Below, piece after piece: positions 27,600-41,289 of a DNA stretch of 64,000 nt. The notes beneath the pieces were generated by a model that saw only the letters and a program-made list of their open reading frames with translations, did not search any database and had not been told where the DNA came from. The position numbers were made by a program, and so were the translations under genes. The stretch spans positions 42,067,749 through 42,131,748 of the forward strand of contig NC_068993.1 of the NCBI RefSeq assembly GCF_001194135.2, written 5' to 3'. Positions within the stretch are counted from its first letter, which is position 1; each line of letters starts with the position of its first letter. Origin of the DNA: Octopus bimaculoides. Taxonomy: Eukaryota.

Positions 27600-27800
27600 T
27601 GTATTTCTTTTGCAATAATATATTCAGGATTGCAGTATCCACTTTTTTAAGACATCAGTGTATAATAATCAAGAAGATTCGCCTGATAACTGCAGTGGTT
27701 GAAGCAATCACTCAGAGAAGTCTTTCTTGGCTGTCAAAATATCATGTTCACCGGAGAGAGAATTTGCACAGTTTTTTTTCCTGTTTTTTTTTTTTTAACA
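27600..27800 (-). mobile_element. hAT transposase C-terminal dimerisation-domain relic
   Basis: The minus strand gives KLCKFSLR*T...SQERL, then in a shifted frame LSD...ANLLDYYTL. This resembles the KLKLIKNYLRSTMSQERLSxLA...LDY consensus. It is heavily decayed. Confidence 0.45.
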
Positions 27801-29177
27801 ATCTGGAAGATAAATGAAGTAAAATGAATCTGGTGAGGAATCACAATTCCATTGTTGGCACAACTCTCTCATAAGTTACTTCTACTATTCAGACATTTGG
27901 CAACACACACTAAAACAGTTCCAAGAAAGAAAGCAATGCAAAATGAAAAAAAATAAATCGCTTAGATATTTGATTTTAATATTGCAACCATGTCAAAAAC
28001 AATTTTGTTACACGTTCAGTTAAAATTTTTTTAAATTTGATAATTCGTGACTCTTCGTGGAATAATTTTATCATATCTCTTTAATTTAAAAGTCTAACTG
28101 AATTTATAGTGACACTTAGTTATTCAAAAGTTAGAAAGAATTCTTGGAAAAAAGTCATGTGGTTAACACAAAGTTTAGTTTTCAATTAAAGTGTTACTGC
28201 AAATGAAAAGCTACATGATGTGAGAATTAAAACAGAAACACTTAAATCTCCTTTAACATGGCACATAAATTTCAGAATTGCTTTATTTTAACCCTTGTTT
28301 TACAACAAATTTTACACTAACGCTATTAACAAGTGTCATAAAACAACATAAGATAACTTCTAGAGTAACTCGCTTCAGAATACAGAATACCTTAAAAACA
28401 CTTCTGTGTTCAGAAGCTAACAGGTGCACATGTATGTGATGTGAGTGCATATATGTATGTATATATATATATATATATATATATTTATCAGAGCGCCTAA
28501 GTATATATATATATATATATATATGGCAGAACGCCAAGCTATACATACGGCTAAACAACCTCTTCTGAACAGAGAATTTGAGATCGACCTATTTTGTCTT
28601 CATATGGGCCTTTATGTATTTTCAAAATACCAGTAGAATAGCCCCTTTTGTCTTTAAGTAGGCCGCTATGTCTTTCATAATCCCAAATTTGAATAGTCGT
28701 GTACATAAGTCTAATTAGATGGGAACCACCTTAAACACGTACACACAAATAGTCACCCCGCAAACCCACTCGACCTCCACATTCCATAATAATTTACATT
28801 GCACTTATATAGGGCCCCTTCTAGCACTAAGAACTTACTAAACTCTGGTAATAATATAATTCTTAGCCATGGTACAATTCTAAACCACACTACCTAGTCT
28901 GACAAAAATTGGTATGAGTTAGCTCCATTTTCACCCTAAGTTAGAGTTACTCCCTTCACTTACACCGCCGGTGACTAAACCCACTGCGGACTAAAAACAA
29001 ATTTAATACACACGTGCGAAAAAATGTGCTTAAAGTTAAGGCAACTAGTTAGGTCGGAACCAGTGGCAGAATCATTGAATAAGTATGTTGCCGTAAATTT
29101 TGACTTATTTTAAACTATTTTAAATATCCTTGATTATAAAATTCATGTAACAATCGTATTAGCACATACACACAACA

Positions 29178-29477
29178 CCTAGAATCTTTGCCTCCAAGGC
29201 ACAAGTCTAGGTAAGGTTGTTTATCGAAAGCTGGCAGTCGCCTATGCATAACAGTCTCCCCTCGCCACACCACGCCACCGATGTTATCCAAGGGAAAGGC
29301 AAAGGCTGATACAGCTTGGCATCAGTGATGTCACAACGTATTTCTACAGCTGAGTGAACTGCAGCAACGTGAAATAAAGTGTCTTGCTCAGGAACACAAA
29401 CTCACACCGCGGTCCCGGAATCGAACTCACTACCTCATGATTATGATTCCGACGCACTAACCACTGAACCGTACGCC
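29178..29477 (-). mobile_element. SINE family C (tRNA-derived head)
   Basis: The reverse complement starts GGCGTACGGTTCAGTGGTTAG (A box)...GAGTTCGATTCC (B box), then TGTGTTCCTGAGCAAGACACTTTATTTCACGTTGCTGCAGTTCACTCAGCTG. A non-tRNA body continues for about 230 bp. Confidence 0.85.
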
Positions 29478-30398
29478 TTCACACACATGAACAGACACAT
29501 CACGCTCACATACGAATAACATACTCATTTTTATTTTGCTTTTTTTTTTTGTTTCTTAGTGTTTTGCATAATTCAGACAATGCAGCATGCTTAAAGTATG
29601 TAATTATGTTTTAAATATAAAATTGATTTAAATATAAAATCGATTTATAAAAGCATGCTTATGAGTTTTGTGCGAGTGTGTGTGTATGAACATGTACGTG
29701 TATGTAAGTACAAATGTGTGTAGGGGGGGGGGTATCTTTAAAAACACTCATGTTAAGCATATTTGAATTCATTATGTTTTTAAAATAAATATTTGCATCT
29801 TGCTTGGGAAATCTTAAGTTTGTAACTANNNNNNNNNNNNNNNNNNNNNNNNNNNNNNNNNNNNNNNNNNNNNNNNNNNNNNNNNNNNNNNNNNNNNNNN
29901 NNNNNNNNNNNNNNNNNNNNNNNNNNNNNNNNNNNNNNNNNNNNNNNNNNNNNNNNNNNNNNNNNNNNNNNNNNNNNNNNNNNNNNNNNNNNNNNNNNNN
30001 NNNNNNNNNNNNNNNNNNNNNNNNNNNNNNNNNNNNNNNNNNNNNNNNNNNNNNNNNNNNNNNNNNNNNNNNNNNNNNNNNNNNNNNNNNNNNNNNNNNN
30101 NNNNNNNNNATATATATATATATATATATATACCCTCATCTGCACATAAACATGCATATGTGTGTGTGTTTGAGTAGTTGTATGCTTGTGTACGTATGTG
30201 TAATTATATGTTACATGCCGTTGCGTGGAGAAGTTCTTGATGACTGGAGCACGATTTCTTTTTCGGAGAGGATTGCATATAAAAGGTGTGTACTATTGTA
30301 AACTTGGAGTGGGGGAATGCATAAAAGAATAAATGACAAGATGCTGTGGACTGCAATGGGCACTGATTTGTCCATGCAGTGTATAGGAGAGGTGAGAG

Positions 30399-30441
<43 letters not shown>

Positions 30442-32126
30442 TACAGTCAGATAGATAGACAGACAAACAGACAGAGAGACAGACGGACGGAAAGCGATCG
30501 ATCGGAGTCGAGGAATGTTCAGGAGTCATGAACAAGACTTTCAAATGTAAGAAAACTGTGCAAATATAAAAGCATTTTCTAACTGCACATTTTCCATCGT
30601 CAACCAAGAACTTGTATCCATCGCCTCAGTTATTACTCATTGTTGTGAAGTCTTTCTCTCTCCAAGATTTTAGCGTATTCTAAATTCAAAGGCTTTAGGG
30701 ATTAAAGGATAACATTCGACAGTGAGGATATATCTGAAGTCTAACTTAATAGTAATAATGTTCGACTACCGAGTGACTCTGTTACTATTTCACCAGTGTT
30801 AGAATTACTAAGCTTTCAAATGTTATACATGTTATACAAATTACGATTTACGTGCTGACTACTCCAGTCTCAGATTTAGCTGATTATTTAACCTACGTTT
30901 AAGGTGGCATATACTTAGTGAGACAGCGAATAGATCAGCTGAAATTATTAGTGGTTTACAGTCTCTTAACACAAATGTGTAGAAATCTCTTTAATAACAA
31001 TAAATGAGGAGAGACAAATTTATAGGAGGAACTTTTTTGCAGATTAATTTGTGGTCCTTAAATGTAATATATGTATTCGTTTCGCTAAGCTATCTACTGT
31101 ATCTAATCAAGTGTCTAGGCTTAGATTTTATGGTATATTTTTCGCTGAAATATAGTGAGATTGTTATGTATTTGTGCGTGAGACTTCATGGAATTTTATA
31201 TTATGTTATTTGTTAGTAGTCGTTGTGTAGGCTGTCGTATGTTTTATATAAGTTTTGGCCGTGTCGGAAAATATTAGTCTACTTTCTAGATTTATTTATT
31301 TATTGGCTTAATATAAGATTCCAGATTAGTCTGAAAGGTGTTTGCTTACTTATGGAATTGAAGGTTAGCATTTGAGATGGTTGGATTCAAAGGGCTATAG
31401 GTCTTTCATTTTCTGTTGGATGCATGTATGGACAAATAGATACCAATACATATATATATATATATATATANNNNNNNNNNNNNNNNNNNNNNNNNNNNNN
31501 NNNNNNNNNNNNNNNNNNNNNNNNNNNNNNNNNNNNNNNNNNNNNNNNNNNNNNNNNNNNNNNNNNNNNNNNNNNNNNNNNNNNNNNNNNNNNNNNNNNN
31601 NNNNNNNNNNNNNNNNNNNNNNNNNNNNNNNNNNNNNNNNNNNNNNNNNNNNNNNNNNNNNNNNNNNNNNNNNNNNNNNNNNNNNNNNNNNNNNNNNNNN
31701 NNNNNNNNNNNNNNNNNNNNNNNNNNNNNNNNNNNNNNNNNNNNNNNNNNNNNNNNNNNNNNNNNNNNNNNNNNNNNNNNNNNNNNNNNNNNNNNNNNNN
31801 NNNNNNNNNNNNNNNNNNNNNNNNNNNNNNNNNNNNNNNNNNNNNNNNNNNNNNNNNNNNNNNNNNNNNNNNNNNNNNNNNNNNNNNNNNNNNNNNNNNN
31901 NNNNNNNNNNNNNNNNNNNNNNNNNNNNNNNNNNNNNNNNNNNNNNNNNNNNNNNNNNNNNNNNNNNNNNNNNNNNNNNNNNNNNNNNNNNNNNNNNNNN
32001 NNNNNNNNNNNNNNNNNNNNNNNNNNNNNNNNNNNNNNNNNNNNNNNNNNNNNNNNNNNNNNNNNNNNNNNNNNNNNNNNNNNNNNNNNNNNNNNNNNNN
32101 NNNNNNNNNNNNNNNNNNNNNNNNNN

Positions 32127-32183
<57 letters not shown>

Positions 32184-33913
32184 TGATGGATGGTGAGTTA
32201 TAGTGGTAACTATTTATATTTACAAACCTAAGTTACAATATGTCTACACATGTGGTATACAAGAAAACTTCCAGGCAGAATATTACGTTGAAGAAATGAT
32301 CCGAATCTTAGAAACTGATAGTAAGAGAAATAGTAATTGGATGTCTTCGGCCAAAAACCAGTTTGTTGAGAAAAAAAAACGTATTTCTTTAGATCAATAA
32401 TCTTTTCACTTGGTTTATATTTATGGCCAGGCTGCCAATAACCCTCTCAATTTTAAAGTGCATTGCTTCTGAAATGTTTCAATTAGATTAAACATACAAA
32501 AATCTTGTAAAAATAATAAATCAATAGGAAGAAGAAGAAAAAGAGAGAAAAAACGGACAAAAAACACTATAAAGTAATAAAGCAAAACGAATCTACATTT
32601 CTTCGTTTGTTAAAGGTTTCAAGTTTTATTAAAATCATTGTCACACCAGAATGAATTAACAAGATCACTGTGGTTGAACGAAAGACAAACTTTAGACATT
32701 ACGAGAAAAGACATGCAAATTTTTTTTGTTTTTGTAGCCGTTGTTTTTGTTATTATGTTTGTTTTGGTTCTGGTTTGGTTTTGTTTTTTCAACTTTTATA
32801 ATATATTGGAAATCTTTTAGAAGATTCAAGGCAGCCAATGTGCATTTAATATATAACTACTTCTAAACATGAAATGCATAGTTACCTGACTTATATAATC
32901 ATTTGAACACTTTTAGATATGGCTTGTATGCACGTGGAAGCACATGATACGCATACCGCTACACATATATGCGCATGCGTATGTGTGTCTATGTGTGTCA
33001 AATGAAAGAATGAGGGGTTAAATGTACAATATCAGATATTGATTGCAATGGAATATCAGTGTTCCTTCAAGACTGAGAGCGAATACTATAGAACAACGCT
33101 GAACTAACATAACAATGTTACGGATATAAGTAGTTGCACTGTTGGTTATCTAAGTATTCTATCAGATACAATTTGGAGAAAATCTCTAGCAAATAAAATT
33201 TGCTGTGCTCATAACATGAAAATGTTAACTTAGAAGAACAAAATAATTTGATTTGATATCATGTTAGTTCTAAGAGGCTCAGTGAAAGAAACGCACTAAA
33301 ACTACTGGGGAGAATTTATAGCGAACACTATAAACGAAAAGGCAAGTTCATAGCGAGCCGAATTTAAGAGCTCCATTTCATTGAAGCTAGTTTCCATGTT
33401 GCTGCAAATACATACTGGAAAGATAGAAAGCTGAGAACATTTCTGCTACTCTTTACTGAGCTTTTGTGCAAAGTTAAAAAGAAATATTAGTAGCGTAGGT
33501 GAACTGCACTATCTCAACAAGTAAATAGTTAGTAGAAAAGCATATTAGTTCTAAAGTAATATTAACTTTAATTGATTTCTTATTTAGGTCAAAGGCCACA
33601 GATTGAGTGGCGAATTAAAATGCTGTGATGCACATGCCTGTTTCAATGACTGTAGTGTAGTCAGAAGAATTGACTGGCTTTAATCAAGAATATAAGCCGA
33701 CACGAGGACGCGTTTCACTTAAAATCTATCTGCAGCATTACGTTGATGGTAGCCAGATTATCTTAAATTGACAAAGTAATCTTTCGATAATATAGTCATT
33801 CCTTTTCATATTGCATTAACGTTTATGTTTCCTTCTATTAATGTCAACTTTATTTTAACTTTAGGCTGCTGTGTGTGCATATTAAAACAGTTAAATATTC
33901 CTAACGAATGAAA

Positions 33914-33914
<1 letters not shown>

Positions 33915-33988
<74 letters not shown>

Positions 33989-34020
33989 CATTATTATTAT
34001 TATTATTATTATCATCATTA
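33915..34020. repeat. (TAT)n microsatellite
   Basis: Directly visible. Confidence 0.95.
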
Positions 34021-35019
34021 TTTCTTTATCAGATAATGTAGTCACTGAAGATAATTAATTATTACAGGCAGACTACAAAGACAGCACTACACATAATTAT
34101 CTATAACATTGATATTTCATCAGCAAATAATAGGACCACTTCCAGTCAAACTAATTCCAATGATGATAGAATCCCAAATCCCTTATTCTAAAACTTTCAC
34201 ATAGAGGTGTCATAGACTCATAAGTCATATCATCTACGACCAATGATATTTAAAATATTCTGAAGAGGTGGATACGTAGCAGAGACACCACGAAAATCAC
34301 CAAAACCTATTTAGTGTACATATTCCGGAATCAATGTCTTCCAGGAAATAACCACTACTCATCACGAAACCAAACTCCCAGGAAATTGTTGGCCTCGCAT
34401 CCTCCTTCTTGTTAATATCATCGCCGCATATCTATAACAAACCATACATACAATTCAGTAATTCTTACCAATACAGTTCACATGCGTATGTTAACAGCAC
34501 CACCAAATTGAATTTTGGTAAATAGTGTGTAATATTTTTCTACAATTGTTGACCTGTCCTAAATCATGAGTCACTCGGAATTGAAACACTTTCTTTGTTT
34601 GAATGATTTTCGAAATAATATTAAAGTGTTGTTTCTAAAATCTTAAAATATCTGCAATATATGGTAACGAATTTATATATACACACAATAACAACAGTTC
34701 TTATGCCCTCTCTGTGACAAGCGCTTCAATTTTTGTTGATCATGTTAGGGACACAAGAAAAACTTTTACCCATTCTGAGCTTACACATCCTATATCGATT
34801 AGTTGCCTAGGACTTTGTTATATTATTTTCGTAGATTCACGAACTTATCTGTCTACCTACCTACCTACCCACCTACCTACCAACCTACCTACCTACCCTT
34901 TCTGTTACTCAACCCTTTTTCTCTCTCTCACAATCATCTTCCACTTAAGGGGACTTCATCTTCATCACTCTATCTCTTTCTAGCTGTCAAGCAAGTATAA
35001 GACATATTGTATAATAATG

Positions 35020-35160
<141 letters not shown>

Positions 35161-35744
35161 TGCCGTAAGTGTGGATATGAGGTTACGGATGCTTAGTACC
35201 AACATACACCGGAAAAGGTAATTGACGAGAATGGAGAGGCAAAAATCCTCTGGGACTTTGACTTCTAAACAAACAAGGCATTAGCACCGAAGGCCAGATG
35301 TAGTAACCTTTAGTAGAGACAAACAAGAGTACCTTATAATTGACGTGGCAGTACCAGGAGATCAACATATCATCATGAAAGAAAGCCAAAAGGTTGATAA
35401 ACATGGAGACAAGCGAAGTGAGATCGCTAAGATGTAACAGCTACGAGGAATCAAACATAAAGGTTATCCCTATTGTCATCGATGAATTGGGTTCAATACC
35501 ACCCAATCTGAAAAAAAACACCTGAATACAATCTAGATGTATTGCAAAAGTCAGCACTACACATTGCGTAAAATACTGCCTTGTCGTGAATTGACAAATA
35601 GTACAAATCCCCGGAAGACAAAATATTGTTAATCATCAACCTCACAATATTGTATACTGTGTGACGTCTAACGAGTTTCTCTGCCCTAGGTGTACGGAAA
35701 ACACTCGGCGAGAAATGGAAGAAAATTTGAAGAAAGAAGAAAAA
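35161..35744 (+). mobile_element. R4/Dong-type (RLE) LINE, 5'-truncated, second subfamily
   Basis: CRKCGYEVTDA*YQHTPEKVIDENGEAKILWDFDF*TNKAL...RPDVVTFSRDKQEYLIIDVAVPGDQHIIMKESQKVDK...IKVIPIVIDELGSIP, then a 3' UTR and an (AAC)n(AAT)n tail. Confidence 0.88.
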
Positions 35745-35762
35745 AACAACAACAACAACAAC

Positions 35763-35840
<78 letters not shown>

Positions 35841-35843
<3 letters not shown>

Positions 35844-36349
35844 CTGTGTGAAAATGGGGGCTACAGAGAGGTTTACACGTGGTATGAGCACAAACCGCAG
35901 AGGGTGGCGGAGTCAGAGACTAGCAAAATTCTCTGGGATTTCCCAATCCAAACAGATCAGGTGCTAGAGCATAACAGACCGGACCTAGTGGTGGTGGACA
36001 AGATGCACCACATATGCTATATAGTTGATGCTCTATGTCCCTTTGACCCACGAATAGTCAAGAAAGAAGACGAAAAGATAGATAAATAGAGCCCCCTTAA
36101 GTAGGAAATAGCCCGGCTATGGTAAATAAAGGTGAAGATAGTGCTAATTACTGTTGGGTCCTTGGGAAGATTACCAGAAGGAATCAAGCGGAATAGGAAG
36201 AAAATTGGAATAGAATGACCAGTAAAGGTTTGCCTCCTTGGCACGGCCAAAATAATCAGGAAAGTATTAGATAGCTGGAAAGAATGGATAGGCTGTGGGT
36301 AGCAAGCCCGTTACGCATGTAAGACTCCAGGAGTTCCCACAAAACCTGC
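35841..36349 (+). mobile_element. R4/Dong-type (RLE) LINE, 5'-truncated, third subfamily
   Basis: LCENGGYREVYTWYEHKPQRVAESETSKILWDFPIQTDQVLEHNRPDLVVVDKMHHICYIVDALCPFDPRIVKKEDEKIDK*...VCLLGTAKIIRKVL. (AAT)n lies on both sides. Confidence 0.92.
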
Positions 36350-36691
36350 AATAATAATAATAATGATGATGATGTGTATATGTGTGCGCGAATGTGTGCG
36401 TGTATGTGTGTTTATGTATGTTCATGTATTCGTGTTACAAGATACCTGATGTGTAGTCGTGTGTTGAGACAGACATTCTTATATTTGGGGATGTTTAATC
36501 GACAAAATATGACCATACTCAAGTATATAATAGATATATGCATATATGCATCAATAAGTATATGTATGTATGCCTGTATGTATGTACGCATGTATGGAAG
36601 TGTGTATATGCGTATGTATGCTGTATCTGTGTGAATGTGTGTGCCTATGTCATTGCCTATAATAAGATCTATTTATTCATCTATTTGTTTT

Positions 36692-36770
<79 letters not shown>

Positions 36771-36868
36771 NNNNNNNNNNNNNNNNNNNNNNNNNNNNNN
36801 NNNNNNNNNNNNNNNNNNNNNNNNNNNNNNNNNNNCCTTGATATGTATATATATATATGTACATGTGA

Positions 36869-36904
<36 letters not shown>

Positions 36905-37344
36905 CAGTATGCAGACTTGTTAAAAAACGTGATTCTTCCAGTAGAATTCAAATTTCACGAAATGATGCTAATAAGGTATTCCATGTCATTAAAATTAATT
37001 AGACTATTTTCTCTTCGTTAATTACACTTAATACCTATAAAACGTATTCGAATTATGCTGCGAACGTACTAGTTACGTTTCCTAATCACTATGCATTTTA
37101 TCTTTAGGAGTGCATAACATAGTTTAATCATTAAAATAATCTGAAATGCGCACTATGGTTCAACAGGAAGCTATATTGAATAATGACAACATATTTCGTT
37201 CATACCTGTCAGTACAGTCTATATCATTTCAATAAATTCTGTGTAATGTGGTAAAATTTCACATTTATAATATTGTCATTTATTTTGTTCTTATCAACTT
37301 TTCTGCTATGTGGAATATTGATCTCTTACAGAAAATATTATTTA

Positions 37345-37366
37345 ATAATGATAATAATAATCAAAA

Positions 37367-37450
<84 letters not shown>

Positions 37451-37465
37451 CATAATAACAATAAC
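37345..37465. repeat. AAT/(AGT)n triplet array
   Basis: Directly visible. Confidence 0.95.
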
Positions 37466-37735
37466 AACAAGAACACTCAGAGAGCTCAAACCTCCACCAA
37501 GGCAACACCAACGCCCTTCCAATGTTTAGCCAGAGAATATCTGAAATATACTCTACTGCTCTCACAAACAAGAATACTAAAAATGAACCTGATCGCTCTC
37601 AAAAATTATTTTAAAAAACCTGAAAAAATAATCCAGGACCTTTGTTCGGTAACGGATCGATGCCAAAACCTAATCAGTTCGTGCCAGTCACGAGGCCAAA
37701 CATCCCTGACAGTTTCATCCGAATCCAAGTAGACA
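37466..37735 (+). mobile_element. Probable non-autonomous Helentron-like (HINE/DINE-type) fragment
   Basis: It starts AACAAGAACACTCAGAGAGCTCAAACCTCCACCAAGGC and contains AGTTTCATCCGAATCC, similar to TCTCATCAAAATCG in the insert at 50880-51715. The family assignment is from memory of such repeats. Confidence 0.35.
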
Positions 37736-38605
37736 CATATATATTCGTCCTATAGATGCCATTGAGAAAGTGTATTCCTTAGTGTGTCTAATGTTTTCAC
37801 CGGCTATTTAAATGACTTCACTGCCTATTTAAACAATGATTTCACCGCCTATTTAAACAACCTTTACTTTTGTATATTATTATTCTCATGATGTTTGAGA
37901 GTTGAATACGCTAATTTAAATGTTCATACCTGAAGTTCGTCTTTTACGTGTGAATAGTCAACTTGGCATGACCTAATCAGCCGCAAACTTTTTACCTTTA
38001 CCTACATACCTGTATGGGTCTTGTTTTCAAGAGAACGGACTTGTGCACACACTTATCCAACAGGTATTGTACATGAAGAATATATTTGCTAGATTCTGCA
38101 TAAAATATGGGCAAATTATACATTATTGGCCTGGCTGTTTTATGACGAACAGTATCTCATAAGGTTATATCTCTGAAAGATACTTGCCAATTACTCCACC
38201 AAAAAGGAATCCCAACTTTAAAAATGTTTCTTTCCGGCTGATTAGGACATGTTGTTATTGTTCTTGTCTAACTCCAGATCAACCCTAACTCCCTAAATCA
38301 ATCCAGGCGAAGAGTTGACCGTACAACTAGGGGTAAACCACTCCTCTGTTGCCACAGCTATACCTTAACACCACATGCATGTATCGATACACGACAAGAG
38401 AAATGATTCATATAAGTCGCAGTGTGACAGTCTGAAAATGCTATATTATCTCCCCTTTTTACTGTTTTCTCACTGTTAGTGGGTGTCTTTATATTTCGTT
38501 TGTTCTGTCTCCTAGTGAGTTTATAGTGAAAAGACGTATATTAATTTAACAGAAGTTGACTTTAACTGAGATGAACGAAACAAAAACATAAATAAATAAT
38601 AACAA

Positions 38606-38810
38606 TGGTTTCGAATTTTTGCACAACGGTAACAGATTCAGCGGGGGAAGTAAGTTAATTACATTGACCCCGGTAATTGTCTGGTTCTTATTTTATCGAC
38701 CCTGAATGGATAAAGGCCAAATTTAACCCCTATGGAAGTTGACCTTAGAACGTAAAGGGCCGGAACAAACGCTGCTAAGAATTTTGTCCATATGCTTATG
38801 ATTCTGCCAG
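38606..38810 (-). mobile_element. SINE family A copy
   Basis: TGGTTTCGAATTTTTGCACAA...TTACATTGACCCC...CTTATTTTATCGACCC...GATTCTGCCAG is the reverse complement of family A. Confidence 0.8.
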
Positions 38811-38884
38811 AAAAATGAAATATTGAGGAGGACTTATCTACAGTTTCCTTGCATCAAGTTATAACGGATTCAAAATGTGTCACA

Positions 38885-39077
38885 AACCCAACACTTTTGC
38901 TGAAGTGGGGCTAATCGATTACCTCGATTCCATTGCTCAACTGGTACGTGTTTAATCGACCGCGAAAGGATGAAAGGTAAAGTCGACGTCGGTATAACTT
39001 GAACTCAGAATGTAAGGAAGGCCTAAATGCCGCTAAGCGTTCTGACTGGCTTGCTAACAATTCTGCCAGCTCGCCGC
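38885..39077 (-). mobile_element. SINE family A copy
   Basis: TGCTCAACTGGTAC...GAAAGGATGAAAGGTAAAGTCGAC...TTGAACTCAGAATGTAA...TTCTGCCAGCTCGCCGC. Confidence 0.85.
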
Positions 39078-39739
39078 GGACTTGAGTCACATTATACTAA
39101 GTGTTGTACTCGATGTGCTACCTTTCGCTCAAATCATACCACAGCCCAACAACAGTCACCAGGTAATCCCTTGACCATAACATGAAGATGATTATCTTCA
39201 ATTTTACGCCAGTGTGTTAAACGATATTACGTACATTATACTGAGATCAAAAGTCCAAGCAATTTAATGTTATGAAGCCAGACTATCATTGACAATATTT
39301 AAATATTTAAAATAAAATTAAATAAAAGCTTGGTAGAATCTCTCACTACACCAATTGAGTTATTGAAATTTCTAACGGTAAATTGACCTATATCTTTTAG
39401 CTTTATGAGCGTGGATGATCATTAATATAATGAGAAAGAAATATTGTACAATGTATTAATTAATTCTGTTTATGAGCGTAGATATTTAAATGTAATTATG
39501 CATAATGCTCACACATAAACATTAATCAAATACTCGAGTCTTGCTTTGGTATTTTATTTGGTTTCTTCTGTATTATCCATATGTTTTTGATTGTCCATCC
39601 GTGTGTGTGTGTATGTATGCATACATACACACACAATAAGCGAACATACATACATAGATACATACATATGTGTGTGGGTGTTTATAATATTCATACACAC
39701 ACGTTTACACATTAAAGCCCATTACTGATTCTCACATTT

Positions 39740-39779
<40 letters not shown>

Positions 39780-40077
39780 NNNNNNNNNNNNNNNNNNNNN
39801 NNNNNNNNNNNNNNNNNNNNNNNNNNNNNNNNNNNNNNNNNNNNNNNNNNNNNNNNNNNNNNNNNNNNNNNNNNNNNNNNNNNNNNNNNNNNNNNNNNNN
39901 NNNNNNNNNNNNNNNNNNNNNNNNNNNNNNNNNNNNNNNNNNNNNNNNNNNNNNNNNNNNNNNNNNNNNNNNNNNNNNNNNNNNNNNNNNNNNNNNNNNN
40001 NNNNNNNNNNNNNNNNNNNNNNNNNNNNNNNNNNNNNNNNNNNNNNNNNNNNNNNNNNNNNNNNNNNNNNNNNNNNN

Positions 40078-40118
<41 letters not shown>

Positions 40119-40689
40119 GAGAGAGAGAGAGATAGATAGATAGATATAAATATTCCTATATATAAAAACTGAGGCACACGCACTCATACACACTTGCATG
40201 CACATATATACTTATACATGTATTATTTATAGGTTTAAGAATATGTGTCTGTATCTGTTTATACATGAATTGACATACTGATATACTATGACAACTGTAT
40301 TTTAATATATCTCATTAAATCAGCTGTATGTATTATATACGTTGTATTGTTATACGCATTATACGTATGGTATTCATTATATACACTGTACCACCAACAT
40401 TACATTCATTCTGTCTACTCTATTATATCTATTGTGTCATGAGGAAATTCAATGTATCAAAATGGAGATTTACATAATAGTACACTGCGATGGTACATTA
40501 ATTTATGTTTCTAACGCTTAGTCGCGTGGAGTAGTGGAAGCCATCGTGATACTACTTTTTGAAGGCCTTAGAGGTTGATGGGAGGCAGTGTGTGAACTAT
40601 TAGAAAATTTGAAACCCGGGGTAAATGTTTTGCAGCAGACCGCTAATGGCATCTGAGGATTATGTTATATCATTAATCTCGATATTAAG

Positions 40690-40870
40690 TTTAACATCCC
40701 CTGTCTCTGAACGGTACCGATCTTTGAACAAGTGGTGTCTTCTGTTATAACCACGGGCTGATCATTGCTTTGTGAATGAATCTGATGAATGGAAACTGCG
40801 TTCTGTGAAAGCCCGCCATACATATGTGCATATGTGCTTATGTGTATATGTGTGTGAGTGCGCACGCGCG
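40690..40870 (+). mobile_element. SINE family B 5' half (decayed)
   Basis: CAAGTGGTGTCTTCTGTTATAACCACGGGCTGA...TTGTGAATGAATCTG...GGAAACTG...AAGCCCG followed by a TG/TA tract. Confidence 0.6.
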
Positions 40871-41289
40871 CGTTGGTGTGCGTGTGTGGGTTTCTAAAAT
40901 GGAAAGGGAGATTTGAAGGATTACTTTGGCACAATGGTAAAACACCAATCATGTCTAGAAAATATGCAGGTTCAAATCCCTGGAAGCCTTCGACTTTTAT
41001 TTTCAACCCTCTATATACATGTAATTATTTCCTCAACACAATGGTTTCACATTCTCTCGAAAGCTTACAAGGTTCTTATGACGCCAACAATATATATGCA
41101 TGTATTATAGTAGGCACACGAAGCAGCATGTTGTGAAGGAAAGAAACTTTTAGATCTATTCAAATACACCCGGTATATATTTCAACTGTAAAATGCCATT
41201 TTTAGTGCGGTTTGACGTGGAGAAAAAAAACTCTTGCTTTTGATAATTCCTGATGAAATACCAACAGTCATTTCGAAGACCGCATTTAG

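Noticed and set aside
29400-29477. tRNA gene
   Set aside because: A and B boxes are present, but there is no acceptor-stem closure and the sequence continues into a SINE body.
34258-34300. CTGAAGA...GTGG/CCAC...GAAA hammerhead-like match
   Set aside because: Neither stem I nor stem III can be formed, so it is consistent with chance.
41165-41285. Two hammerhead-like words (minus CTAAAAA...GAAATATA; plus CTGATGA...GAAG)
   Set aside because: Each lacks essential core bases and stem I pairing.
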